From Cyanophora paradoxa CCMP329 (lineage: Eukaryota; Plantae; Glaucophyta): 59,223 nt of DNA. Both the position numbers and the translations under genes were made by a program. Where the stretch lies: positions 1 through 59,223 of the forward strand of contig QPMI01000213.1 in the NCBI GenBank assembly GCA_004431415.1, in the 5' to 3' direction. The notes under the pieces were generated by a model that was not told the origin of the DNA, made no database searches, and saw nothing but the letters and a program-made list of their open reading frames with translations. Position 1 is the first letter of the stretch, and every line of letters starts with the position of its first letter. Shown here in pieces: positions 12,930 through 23,408 of the stretch.

Positions 12930-14400
12930 GTGCCTAATGCAGAGGAGGAGTGGCAAGAGCTGCTGAAGAAGATTCCTGAGCTCGGCTCTCACCCGTCAAT
13001 CACGACGGCGCAGAAAGCCGAACTTCACGCGCTCCTGCGGCGCTACAAGGATGTCTTCGCAGACAAGGTCGAGGCCAAAGAGGGCACCAGCAACCTGCTC
13101 TATTACGAGCACGTGATCAAACTCACGACTCGCCTTCCGGTGTTCACGCCTCCGCGGCGTATGAACCCGCACGCCGAGGAACACGCCCGCAAGGAAATTC
13201 AGAAACTCCTTGAGCTTGGGCTGATCGAGCCCTCCCAAGCGGCATATGGCTCGCCGGTAGTGCTGGCCCCCAAAAAGGACGGCACTTGGCGTTTCTGTGT
13301 CGACTATCGGAGGCTGAATCAGATCACCGAGCGGGACGTGTTTCCCCTACCCCGCATAGACGACCAGCTCGAGCGCCTCCGCGGCTCGATGGTCTTCTCG
13401 ACTGCTGACGCGACTGCCGGCTTCTGGCAGCTGCCTCTGCACCCCGGCTCCCGAGCCTACACTGCATTTGTGGTCCCCTGGGGTCACTTTCAGTGGAAGG
13501 TTACGCCGTTTGGGGTCACGAACGGGCCCGCGGCATTCTCCCGCGCGATCACTGCGATCCTGGCCCCTTGCTGACCACCTGCGTCGTCGCGTACATCGAC
13601 GATATCACGGTCTTCTCACCGTCCATCGATCAGCACCTTCTAGACTTGAAGGCGCTCTTCGAGACGATCTCTAAGGCGAACCTGCGCCTGAAGCCGTCGA
13701 AGTGCCGCTTCTGCGTGCCTGAAATCGACCTTCTCGGCCACCGCATCTCCGCCGAAGGGATCCGCCAGGACCCTGCGAAGACCAAGGTGATCACGGACTG
13801 GCAGACGCCGAAGAACGCGGACGAGCTCCGCTCGTTCCTCGGCCTCGCCGGCTACTACCGCCGCTTTGTCGAGAACTTCTCCAAAGTGGTGCACGCCATG
13901 CAGCGCCTTCTATTGAAGGACGCCGTCTGGAGTTGGCCAGAGGACGGCCCCGCCGACCGCGCCTTTAAGGAGCTGAAAGAACTCCTGGGCCGCGATATTA
14001 TATTGCGGTTCCCGGACTTCTCGAAGCCCTTCATTCTCCAGACGGACGCCAGCACCTACGCTATCGGCGCAATTCTGAGCCAGGCCGACGACAAAGGCGT
14101 CGAGCGGCCGCTCGCGTTCATCAGCCGCACGCTGCTGCCGGCCGAGATGAACTACTCCGCTACGGAGCTGGAGTGCCTCGCAGTAGTCTGGGCCATTAAG
14201 TATTGGCGCCACTATCTGCTGGGCGGCCCCCAGTTCCTGGTGCGGACCGACCACCACGCCCTCCAGTGGCTGAAGACGCTGGACCCGACGACGGGCCGCC
14301 TCGGTCGCTGGTCCCTGCTCTTGCAGGCCTACGACTTTGAGATCGTCTACCGCCCTGGCAAGCAGAACGGGGGTCCCGACGCGTGCTCGCGTCTCCCTAA
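12930..14400 (+). CDS. pol: Reverse transcriptase + RNase H (pol); one 1-bp deletion in the C-run at 13564-13567
   Basis: RT motifs KKDGTWRFCVDYRRLN, FPLPRID, GFWQ, PFGVTNGPAAF, YIDD (13592-13603), FLGLAGYYRRF. RNase H motifs LQTDAS, NYSATELECLA, TDH, DACSR. Confidence 0.97.
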
Positions 14401-15799
14401 GGACCACCCCGTCTGGCAGCCAGGCGGTGCAGACGGTTCCTCGTCCAAGCCCGCGGCCTACAAGGGCGCCGAAGGCTTCGGCATCCCGCAACATGCTGTA
14501 GGGGCTGAGCCTGAGGATCCCGACGTCCCGCTGGGCATCTTTAGGATGCAGCTGGGCCCGACCGAGCGGGCCCTGCGCCAGCTCGCCAACTCCGCCGGCT
14601 TCCGCGCGGAAGCCCCAGCCGAGGGTGGCCGAGCCGCTAGACGCCGAGCGCCCCGGGCGGCGCCTGCGAGCGCCCCCTCTTCCCCGCCGGGCCGCTCCTC
14701 TTATGCAGAGGAGGAGTCGCGGCCCCCTGTGCCAGCCAGTGCTCCTGAGGCCGAGCCCGACGCCGGCGCCCCTGAAGCGCCCGCGCCCGAGCCTGAGGGT
14801 GAGGCTGGCGGTGCTGCGGAAACCGATTCCGACGCCGAGCCCCCGCCGCCAGAGCGCGCGCCGCGACGCCTGCCCCGCGAGCTCGCCAAGCTTGCTGCGT
14901 CGGCTGGGTTCGCTGAGGCCAAGGCCTCCGCCTCGGCTACTGACGCCGCCACGCGCAAGCGAGCGCGGGCCGCCCCAGAGCGCTTCGCGCCTCCCGCGCC
15001 AGAGTCGGTCTCGCCGCCCCGAAACGACGAGAGCCGGGCCCGGCGCCCGCTGTCGAGGAGCGCGAGGCTCCCTCGGACGCGGAGATGCCCGACGCCCCTG
15101 AGGGCGACCTGGGCGCCCCGGCCGCGCTGCTAGAGGACGCTCACGCAGAGGCCGAGGCCTCGGGCGAGATCGATGACGAGTCGCTGCCGGAAGGGCCTGT
15201 CCCCTCCGACGCCTGCGACGCTGACGGCTTCCCCTCGCTCTTGCGGAGCGAGTCCCGAAGCGCTCGGAAACCGGGCCCCGTCGGTGGGGCGCCAAGGGAT
15301 TTGCCGAGCCGCGGCCCCTGCATCCCGACGCGCTCTTCCCTCGCGGCCCCGCCTTGAGGCGGCAGCCTCGAGATGAGTACAACACGCGCCACTGGCGCTC
15401 CCCGGTCGACCCCTCGGATCGGCCGGTGCCGATTCATATTGAGTGGGAGCCGGAGGACCCTGAGGGCGAGCCGCCTCCCGGGCCTCCGCGCCGACGCTCG
15501 CTCTCCCCGGAGACTGCTCGCCACCAGATCCGCGTTCGGCCGGTCCCCCGGACCCCAAGCCAGCGCCGCGGGCTCGAGGTCGCCCCTCTGCCCGCGGGCA
15601 GGCTTCCGACGACGCCGCCCCGCTCGAGCCTGAGACGGTCGCCGCCGAGGCCGCTGCCCCGCAGCGGTGGGTAGAACTCGACCCTAGAGGCCGGGACGTT
15701 CGCCCGCCGTGCAAGCCGGTCTTCGTGGATACCGTCCTCGACGCGTGGGCCTGCGGACCCTCGCCAGCCGTCGATGGGGCGCTCCCGACGCGCTGCGCC

Positions 15800-17384
15800 G
15801 TATGTTCCCGCCCGAGAAGCGCAAGCGTCTGCTCGCCGCTCAGAAGGAGGATTCCTTCTGCAAGAAGCTTCTCGCCTTCCACGCAGAGGGCGAGAATCCA
15901 ACTGTCTGTACCCGCGGCTCGAGGCGCGACGCAGATCCCTGCTCGCCCAGCTGCGCTCACTGCCTGCGGGCCAAGGAGCGCTTTGCACGCCTGGCCGGCG
16001 AGTTCAGCCTGGCCGACGACGGCGTCATCGAGCGCAACCCCTTGGTCCCTGCCGGCCGGTTCCTACCCGTCTTGCCGGACGCTTGGATCGACAGGGTGCT
16101 CTACGCCTATCACGAGGGCTGGGCCCATCGAGGCGCGCCCGTGATAGCCCGTCGGATCGCCCTGCGGTTCTGGTGGCCTGGCATGTACGCCTCCATCGCT
16201 CGCTTTGTGCGGTCGTGCCCGCACTGTCAGTTCGCGAAGGCCGCGAAGCCCCGCCGTACCGCCATTCAGGTGATACAGCCTTCGGGCAAGGGAGACCTGT
16301 GGCAGGTGGATATCTTCCACTTGGATATGCACGAAGACGGTTCGCGATACATCATCGCGTACGTCGACGCATACACCAAGTTCTGCTATATCTACCCGCT
16401 CTCCCGTATCTCCGGCGAGGCCTTGCTCGCCACCGCGATCGACTTCTATACGCACGAGGGCGTGCCCGCGCGCATCCTGACGGACCGCGGGTCCCAACTC
16501 GTTGGGGGCGCGTGGAACGCGTTCTTCAAGGAGAAGGGTACCCGGTTCGTGCACGCGGCCGCCTACCACCACGCCTCGAACGGCGGCGCCGAGCGCCTGG
16601 GCGGAGTCTACAAGACTCTCGCTTACGCCATGTGCCGTGAGCACAAGCGGCCGCTCTCTGACTGGCCTCTTTACAACGCCGATATCGTTCTCGCGTTGCG
16701 GACCACCGTGCACTCCGCCACCGGGTTCTCCCCGATGGTCTTGCACCGCGGTTCTGAAGTGCACCTGCCCTGCGAAGTGCGCTTCGGAGCCGGCGTCCGC
16801 TTCGTGAACCCCGACCACACGCACCCGGCTGATTACCTTCTCGCGATGACGCGAGCTGCCGCGAGCGCCGACGCTGCCTCGCGCGAGTACCGTCGGTTCT
16901 ATCGGAACCGCATGGTTGCTCGCACCGGCAACCCGCCTCATCGTCGCCGCTTTGAGGTTGGCGACAAGGTATTGTGCTGGATGGGCGAACACAACAAAGG
17001 GCTGTACAATTCGTGGGTCGGGCCCTACACTGTGACTGGTGTTAACCCTGGCGGTTACACCTACACGGTCAAGGGGTCGGCTAAGCCCTACTCCGCCAAG
17101 GACGATGCCCGTACCCGTCCTCTGCGTGAGACTGTTGCCCACATCGACTGCATGCTTCCGTTCCGCACGCGTCTCTCCGAGTCTCAAGCCCGTCCCCGCG
17201 TTGGTCGGCCTCGGAAGACTGCTGTGAACGCCGACGAGCCGGCGATCGACCCCGCACTCGCGGACTCGCCCGCTCAAGAACAAAATCCACCTCTCGCCCC
17301 TGACGTCGACGCCGAGGGCCCGAGCGGGCTGCCGAGGGCGACGAGGTTGAGATGGATGACGCGATTTTGGTCGACGACCTGTGA
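15800..17384 (+). CDS. Integrase (HHCC zinc finger, D,D35E core, GPY/F domain, no chromodomain)
   Basis: YHEGWAHRG...CPHC; WQVDIF / LTDRG / NGGAER with exactly 35 residues between the second D and the E; FEVGDKVL...WVGPYTV. Probable acidic tail (EGDEVEMDDAILVDDL) in a shifted frame ending at TGA 17382-17384. Confidence 0.95.
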
Positions 17385-18062
17385 GAAGCTCGTCCCATTG
17401 CTGTTCCCTTTGCGATCGCTGTGCTTGCGCCGTGGGGCAGATTTCTTTGCCCGCTTTGCCTCAGCCCTGGCTTCCGAGGTGGGACGTGGGTTGGCTGGTG
17501 GCCAATCACGGGGCGCCATCTGGGCCTTTCGTTCCATTTTCTGGGATCTGGGCCCGTCGCTCGTGGAGAGTGGCTGGGTGTAGGCCTCCCGGGTGCCTGC
17601 GGGTCCGTGAGGGGCTCGAGGTTGCTGGCTGGGGGTGCACTCAGTCGTGCCCTATCCTTTCGTTGGGCCTGATGGGCGGCCCGGATACCTCCTCGCTGGT
17701 TTCTTCCCGAGGCGGTGAAACTTCCCATCCGTGCCACTCTCCTTCGGCTCTCGCCGTTGGAGCGAGTTTGGGCCAGCTTTTGGGGGGTTTCGAGTTCTAT
17801 GCTTTTCCATCTTTCGAGCTTGGCCTGGGGTTGCCTAGGTACATGCACTATGCTGGTATCGGCTCCTATTTCGGTCGCGAGCTATGCTACCTGGCATATC
17901 TGGTTGCTGACGACGGACATTCTACTTCGAGAGGAGTTCACTCGCCGCCGCCCTGTCGCTGCCGTGGTTGGTGCACACCCCGGCGGTGGGGTGGACGCCC
18001 CGTCGAGCATGCAGACTCGACGTTCGGCTTGGCGCGGTCCGGTGCGAGGACGCACCGTATGC

Positions 18063-18074
18063 AGAGTGAGGAGT
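18063..18074 (+). promoter_or_regulatory. Polypurine tract
   Basis: AGAGTGAGGAGT lies directly before TGTCG, the inverted complement of the LTR end CGACA. Confidence 0.6.
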
Positions 18075-18330
18075 TGTCGCGTGCCGCGATTCCCTCGGAT
18101 TAGGCTAGCCGGCAGTCTATGCGTAGCCGCTAGCCCTAGTCTAGTGCTATCGAGCAGCTAGCTCTAGCACTCTCTGTATTCTGACTTAGCGCCGGGCGCG
18201 ACTCCGTTTGGGGGTACGCGATCCCTGGACGGGTACACTTGTGAATAGACCACTTGTGCTCCCAGCTACAGCCCCAGCCCGTGCGTGACCGCACGGACGC
18301 TGCACCGGGTGGGAATCCTCTCATCCGACA
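18075..18330 (+). repeat. 3' LTR (~256 bp, TGTCG...CGACA)
   Basis: 5-bp terminal inverted repeat with TG...CA ends; 18121-18330 matches 1-208. The left boundary is inferred from the PPT and inverted terminus. Confidence 0.88.
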
Positions 18331-18401
18331 ATGTGGAGATTAAACATCTCTATGATTTTTCGCAAGAAATCCATGATGCTCTCTCTCTTAATGCGAGATA
18401 A
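18331..18401 (+). pseudogene. Probable 3' end of a viral gene interrupted by the retrotransposon
   Basis: Open frame ...VEIKHLYDFSQEIHDALSLNAR* whose TAA (18399-18401) directly abuts the stop of the convergent ORF at 18402. Confidence 0.45.
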
Positions 18402-19136
18402 TTAAAGCCATACTCGTCGTTTATATACTGTGGGGGCAACACCTTTGTCGACCTCTGCTTTGGTAGCACCAGGTTCAATGGTGCCCTTCTGGGTTTTCGT
18501 CTTCATCTCATCAACTGCCTGCTCATCAATTTGAGTCTCTTTCTTACCAATGAATTGCTTATCTGGGAGACCAGTAATTCCCATTCTATACACCTCCTTT
18601 CGCAGCATCTCCTTCAATTTCGCTCTCTCTTTCTTCTCAGAGACATACTGTTCAAGAGCACTGGATTTCGCTTCCAGATCTTTCAGTTTCGCAGTCATTT
18701 CGTCCCATTGGGCTTTGGGAATTCGGTGGATATTCTGTGTAGGTGCGACCTTGTAGGTCACCTCACCAGCCATGGATTGAATTACCTTGTCTGATTCCTT
18801 GGAGACACCTTCACCTTTGCGAGCAAGTGAGAGATCTTGGAGACCCAGTCCTTTGTCATCAGCAGCACCAATAATTCGACGAGCACCTTCACCAACTGCC
18901 TTCATCTTAGAGGTTTCGGGCGAAATATTGAGTTGATCACTGGTGGATGTCTGGGGCGCTTTATCATCTGGTGATTCTTCGTAAGCAGCATTGAGGGGAT
19001 CTTCTTGTTGCTGTGATGCTTTAACTTCATTGACACCATTGAATTTCATGGGCTCTGTGTTAATAGAACCGGTTCCAGAGGATGCAGAATATGACATAGC
19101 ACCAGCAGGAACACCAACTTTGCGTTTGGAAGGCAT
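18402..19136 (-). CDS. Viral hypothetical protein, 244 aa (charged, central coiled coil, basic termini; possible core/cement protein)
   Basis: Long ATG ORF in AT-rich DNA, co-oriented and 28 bp downstream of the ATPase. Confidence 0.8.
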   Translation of the reverse strand: MPSKRKVGVPAGAMSYSASSGTGSINTEPMKFNGVNEVKASQQQEDPLNAAYEESPDDKAPQTSTSDQLNISPETSKMKAVGEGARRIIGAADDKGLGLQDLSLARKGEGVSKESDKVIQSMAGEVTYKVAPTQNIHRIPKAQWDEMTAKLKDLEAKSSALEQYVSEKKERAKLKEMLRKEVYRMGITGLPDKQFIGKKETQIDEQAVDEMKTKTQKGTIEPGATKAEVDKGVAPTVYKRRVWL

Positions 19137-19164
19137 TGTATATTTATTAGAAGCAGAGATTATT

Positions 19165-19947
19165 TTATAAACCTCTCTTATATCGCATCAGTTTATTCGA
19201 ATGAACACCACTCTTGACCTCTTTGGGGGCTTCCTCTTTCTGTGGAGGTGGTAATTCGTCCTCTTTCTTTTTGGGCTTCCTGTGGAACCGAGGAAATGGG
19301 AAATCTTTGACCAGATCCGCTTTATCAACATAATAGTTCACCGAATAATTTGCAGAAGACCACACAATATATTGGTAGGAGTGCACATACTCCTCAAACA
19401 TCTTATAGAAATCTTCCTTGTTTCGCATGATATTGTATTCCTCCTCGATTGCTTCGAGTTCTTTGCGATTAGCAGCACTCAGGAACACAGCATAATCCGA
19501 ATTTACTCGAATTGTTGAAGAAACCTTACGCAATTTCTGAGTTATGCAGACACAGGACACCATCGCATGGCGCCCCCTCGAATACACAGAGCCAATGATT
19601 TTATCACGAGTTAGGTCTATTAACTCATTATCTATTAAATCATCAAGGACAATACACATTTGATTCACAGGTTCCCCTTTTTCGATTTTCTCCTGCCTTT
19701 CATCCAGTAATTTGGAAATGTAAGCAGCATCCCATTTCCCCAGTTGCAAAGTTGCTACTTTATCCCAGAAATGATTGAAGGACGTCCCACTCACTACAAG
19801 AACAGTATCAATCTTTTTCGCATCATGCAGCTGTTTCAACCAATATTTCACACATTCTGACTTACCTGTTGCAGACTTTCCTATGAAAAGAGCACGAAAT
19901 GGTGGGGTTATCATTTCGCCTGCATTAAACTCTTCCAAATCGTTCAT
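19165..19947 (-). CDS. A32-like (FtsK/HerA) genome packaging ATPase
   Basis: Walker A GKSATGKS, Walker B CIVLDD, arginine finger SRGRH, ITQ motif, IRVNSDY. Confidence 0.95.
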   Translation of the reverse strand: MNDLEEFNAGEMITPPFRALFIGKSATGKSECVKYWLKQLHDAKKIDTVLVVSGTSFNHFWDKVATLQLGKWDAAYISKLLDERQEKIEKGEPVNQMCIVLDDLIDNELIDLTRDKIIGSVYSRGRHAMVSCVCITQKLRKVSSTIRVNSDYAVFLSAANRKELEAIEEEYNIMRNKEDFYKMFEEYVHSYQYIVWSSANYSVNYYVDKADLVKDFPFPRFHRKPKKKEDELPPPQKEEAPKEVKSGVHSNKLMRYKRGL

Positions 19948-20009
19948 GGCTTTGTAGATCTTTCTTATTAAAGATAGATAAAAATAACGAAACGTTACTG
20001 ATCATGGTT

Positions 20010-21383
20010 TTACAGATTAATTCGTCGGAGCCCATCTTTGTCAACAATAATGAAACTGTGCATGAGAGCACGAACATTAACTGTGATTGTCTGGTCAGAA
20101 GGCATGTATAGAGTGAGGAAAGAGGAGGAGGAGTTCGTGAGATCAACATAGCCAGACTGGGCAATGTTGCGAATCGCTTTCTCTCCATCAACACAGAATG
20201 GTAGACCACTGAGGACATATTTGTCTGCAACCTTGTCCATATTTGAGCACTTGAAGGCATCCGCAATTAATTCGGCACCTTTGAGGAGAGGGATGGGCTC
20301 AGTAGCATAGAGACGTTGACCATTAATTTCAACAGTGAAAGTAATGTCTTTTGAGTTAGCATGCGTTTTTAGGACACTGTGGGAACCATTGAAACCATCA
20401 ATACCTGCGGCATCACGAACTGAAACAAGAAGACCATAGACAAGCCCAGAGATCTGTGACAGGTTAATACGATTTGGTTGAGCATTGCCTTTTGCAGCAA
20501 AATTGACACTGTCTACGAAACCAATATCCAGAGCAGGAATAGCCATACCAGTGGTCTTCACCTTCTCAATGACAGTAGCAAACAGTTCATCAGAAACATT
20601 AATAGCATGCATGTAAAGACGAGGAGAAGTGACTTTAATTTCGGGGGTTGTTGTTGCACCAATTCCAAAAGTGGTGATTTGTTGACCAACATGGGCAAGA
20701 GTAGCATTAGCAGTAGCACCAAGTCCATCATCCTCTGTCTTATCAGCAGCTGTTCCACCAACAACAGGAAGAGCACGACCACCATAAGAAGTCTCAACAT
20801 AACCCTTTCCAGCATCCTTGAACCAGACAGTTACCACCATTTCTCCTGAGAGAGCACCAAGAGGTAGGTAGTGGTTTAGCCATGGGACTGGGATTTCAGT
20901 GAAAAATGACCCACCAAGTCGGTTGGTTCCATGGGCAGGGATACCATGAACCATTCCCATTGAACGCTTCTTCTTGGCGAGTTGATCCTCACTGTAATAG
21001 ATAAGAGGGAAATGAGCAAGGAAATCAGAAGGCACATGGAAGGTGTAAGATCCATAGGTAATTTCAAGTCGAGAGACAAGAGCACCAACTGGGCGAACGT
21101 ATCCATTGCGAACAAGGTCGGTATCACCAGCAAAAGTGACAGCTGGAAGGTCAAACGCAAGTTCGAGTTTTCCACAGAAATTGTAGCGAGGGAGCTTGAA
21201 AGAAATGCGATTTCCAGCATTATTCTCGAAAGTGTTGCTTGGGTTCACAACAACAAGAACTGGCTTCGACTTGGATTCAAGACCAAGCATGAGAGAGTTG
21301 TCCAAGAAGAACGCCTTGGCTTCTTCCGGGGTTGTTAGAGCTTCTTTCAGAGAAAGACGTTGGAGGGTCGAAGTAATATCCAT
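20010..21383 (-). CDS. Major capsid protein, double jelly-roll (457 aa from ATG at 21383)
   Basis: Size, beta-rich pattern and position between ATPase and penton. Motifs resembling NCLDV/PLV MCPs: GNRISFKLPR, LEITYG, YLPLGAL..EMVVTVWF, SGYVDLT, VNVRALMHSFIIVDKDG. Confidence 0.85.
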   Translation of the reverse strand: MDITSTLQRLSLKEALTTPEEAKAFFLDNSLMLGLESKSKPVLVVVNPSNTFENNAGNRISFKLPRYNFCGKLELAFDLPAVTFAGDTDLVRNGYVRPVGALVSRLEITYGSYTFHVPSDFLAHFPLIYYSEDQLAKKKRSMGMVHGIPAHGTNRLGGSFFTEIPVPWLNHYLPLGALSGEMVVTVWFKDAGKGYVETSYGGRALPVVGGTAADKTEDDGLGATANATLAHVGQQITTFGIGATTTPEIKVTSPRLYMHAINVSDELFATVIEKVKTTGMAIPALDIGFVDSVNFAAKGNAQPNRINLSQISGLVYGLLVSVRDAAGIDGFNGSHSVLKTHANSKDITFTVEINGQRLYATEPIPLLKGAELIADAFKCSNMDKVADKYVLSGLPFCVDGEKAIRNIAQSGYVDLTNSSSSFLTLYMPSDQTITVNVRALMHSFIIVDKDGLRRINL

Positions 21384-21437
21384 GATTATCTCTTTTATTA
21401 TACTGCAACATAAAAAATTCACCAATGATCCTTGATT

Positions 21438-22448
21438 TTACGCAAAATTCGCAATAACCGGATAAGATGGATGTGTTTCCGCCATTCTCCTCTTGAAGTA
21501 TTCGTACACAGGATCACCAGCAGGTTCATCACCATATCGAATTTCGAAGGTGAGGTGGACAGGTTGACCCTCGAAATCAATTGGTTCATTAACTGCATTC
21601 ACAATATCAACCGAAAATGTGGAAAGTCCCAGATTCTTGTTATAGTATTTATAAATCGGATGGGCTTCTGTCGAATTATAAACGACATGCTCACCATAAT
21701 CTTTATCTGGAACAACGATTTTGTGGAAATATCCAGTGAGGAGACCATCACCACATTGAACCAGATCACCCAACTCCTTTACTCTCACAAACAGAACACT
21801 ATCCCTGGTCTTTTCAGGTTCAAATGAAGATATGATACCATGCACCATCGACCCAGTAAAGATACCATCAGTCAGAGTATTATAAACTTGTGATTGGATT
21901 GGGGTGTTACCATATCTCCCAGGATCAAGACCAAGCAGTCGAGCAGAACTCAAAAACCTCTGAATCTGCGCCTGGGTTGGGTTTATTGCAGTTGAGAAAG
22001 CCAGGTAAAACGGTATGGTGGAATGGAATATTACTCGTTTCAGTGTATCATCCCATTTACAGCGAATTGCTACTGGTGGCTCTCTCAATGCAAGTTTGGA
22101 GTTAATTACATTCACCAGTTGTTGGTGGTTTTGAATGGGTGTGCTGCGACTTATCACAATGTGTTTCCATGATTCATAATCAGCAGCAGGTCGATCAGTT
22201 GGAATACCAGTGCTTCCTGCACCAGAATAATATTCAGACCAATAAAGGTAGATTGCATTATCAATTGTCACATCTCCTACTTTGGTTTCACCACTCACCA
22301 TGGGAATGCTGTTATAAAATTCTGCTGAAACCAGTCTTACTGCTCTCACAAATTCATAGGTGCTGGGGAGGCGAGCAATAAAACTCGAAGTAGGTCCATC
22401 TCCCGAAATTGTATTGAAAGAGCTCACTTCGATGTAATCCACAGGCAT
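21438..22448 (-). CDS. Minor capsid protein (penton, single jelly-roll with insertion), paralogue 1
   Basis: N-terminal YIEVSS...SSFIARLP..YEFVRAVRLVSAEFYNS and C-terminal LSTFSVDIVN...PIDFEG..VHLTFEI, the pattern typical of PLV/NCLDV pentons. Confidence 0.82.
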   Translation of the reverse strand: MPVDYIEVSSFNTISGDGPTSSFIARLPSTYEFVRAVRLVSAEFYNSIPMVSGETKVGDVTIDNAIYLYWSEYYSGAGSTGIPTDRPAADYESWKHIVISRSTPIQNHQQLVNVINSKLALREPPVAIRCKWDDTLKRVIFHSTIPFYLAFSTAINPTQAQIQRFLSSARLLGLDPGRYGNTPIQSQVYNTLTDGIFTGSMVHGIISSFEPEKTRDSVLFVRVKELGDLVQCGDGLLTGYFHKIVVPDKDYGEHVVYNSTEAHPIYKYYNKNLGLSTFSVDIVNAVNEPIDFEGQPVHLTFEIRYGDEPAGDPVYEYFKRRMAETHPSYPVIANFA

Positions 22449-22476
22449 CTTCTTTTATCTATAAACATATATTAAA

Positions 22477-23408
22477 ATGATTCGGCTGGTCAATATAGAT
22501 AGCAGAGACCGATCAGATGGACAAATAGAAAACTCCTACAAAGTTTCACTCACAACCCCAGTGACCAAACCAAGAGAATGTCGAGTTTTGTATGCAGAGA
22601 TCCCCAACAGCATCTATAATTCCATTGGAACAGACCACCTTCTTGTCAGATTCTTCTACCAAGGCATCTCTGAAACCAAACAGGTCTTCCTTCTCCCAAG
22701 TGGTTATATTAATCAAGGGCATTTCGGGGTCACCAGTCCATATAATTATGGTCTGAATTTCACATTTACTGGGAGCAACAATCTCACATATGCATTCAAG
22801 GTCTACTACAATCCTACTTCCTACAAATTGGAGTTTTACAGTAATGTTCAATTCGAGATGGTAGCATCTACACAGAGATTGGGTAAACTTCTTGGGGTTA
22901 GTTCTGTGGAGTGGGTCGCTTCAATTGAGCAAACCTACGATTTCCCAGAGTCTGCAAGGTCTTTATATGCCCCGAGAATTTCCTCTATTTTGCAGGAATC
23001 CCAATCACCCCAAACCATCCCCAATGGGGAATCACATTCACAGGATATGAATTCGAGGCATCTCGCTTAAACTACAAGTTAGAAGCATCCAAGATGACAG
23101 ACATGAATGCAGAACAGTATTTATACATGCACATTAAAGAACTCTCCCCATTTGCTACAAACCACAATATTGTTCCAAGATCACAACCACAGAATCAAGG
23201 GGCGATTCTCAGATTGCAATTGAGTAAAGATATTGGACAGTATGTTTATCACAGTGGAGAGCACAGTGAATACATAAAAATAACCGATCGAAACCTTGTG
23301 ATTAGAGAGTTAACAGTTGAGTTTCGAGATTATTATGGTGATCTTGTAGATATGAATGGGATTGACAACTCATTCCAGTTGGAGTTCTTGGCTATTGGTA
23401 ATGATTAA
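22477..23408 (+). CDS. Minor capsid protein (penton) paralogue 2, ~310 aa, split by a 1-bp deletion in the C-run at 22970-22973
   Basis: N-terminal LVNIDSRDR...YAEIPNS and C-terminal YLYMHIKEL...LTVEFRDYYGDLVDMNGIDNSFQLEF. Adding one C joins 22477-23070 and 23094-23408 through an open frame (PENFLYFAGIP...LEASKMTD). Confidence 0.85.

Larger units (their letters stand above)
1..18330 (+). mobile_element. Giant Ty3/Gypsy (Metaviridae) LTR retrotransposon, ~18.3 kb; 5' LTR cut by the window edge
   Basis: Direct repeats at 1-208 and 18121-18330. Internal domain order on the + strand is CCHC knuckle, aspartic protease (DTG), RT (YIDD), RNase H, integrase (HHCC, D,D35E, GPY/F). PR-RT-RH-IN order is diagnostic of Ty3/Gypsy. 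Confidence 0.96.

Noticed and set aside
7452-17283. Long minus-strand ORFs (7452-9203, 8696-9964, 13910-15385, 16063-17283)
   Set aside because: Antisense shadows of GC-rich coding sequence with Arg/Gly/Ala-biased translations and no motifs.
815-17384. Many frameshifts read as pseudogenisation or programmed frameshifting
   Set aside because: Those I could localise are single-base losses in homopolymers (13564-13567, both LTR differences, also 22970-22973 in the virus) while catalytic motifs are intact. This fits long-read consensus error better, but needs polishing to confirm.
17385-18074. env-like or extra ORF after integrase (ORFs 17381-18103, 17715-18161)
   Set aside because: No signal peptide, convincing TM/fusion pattern or protein-like composition; probably 3' UTR.
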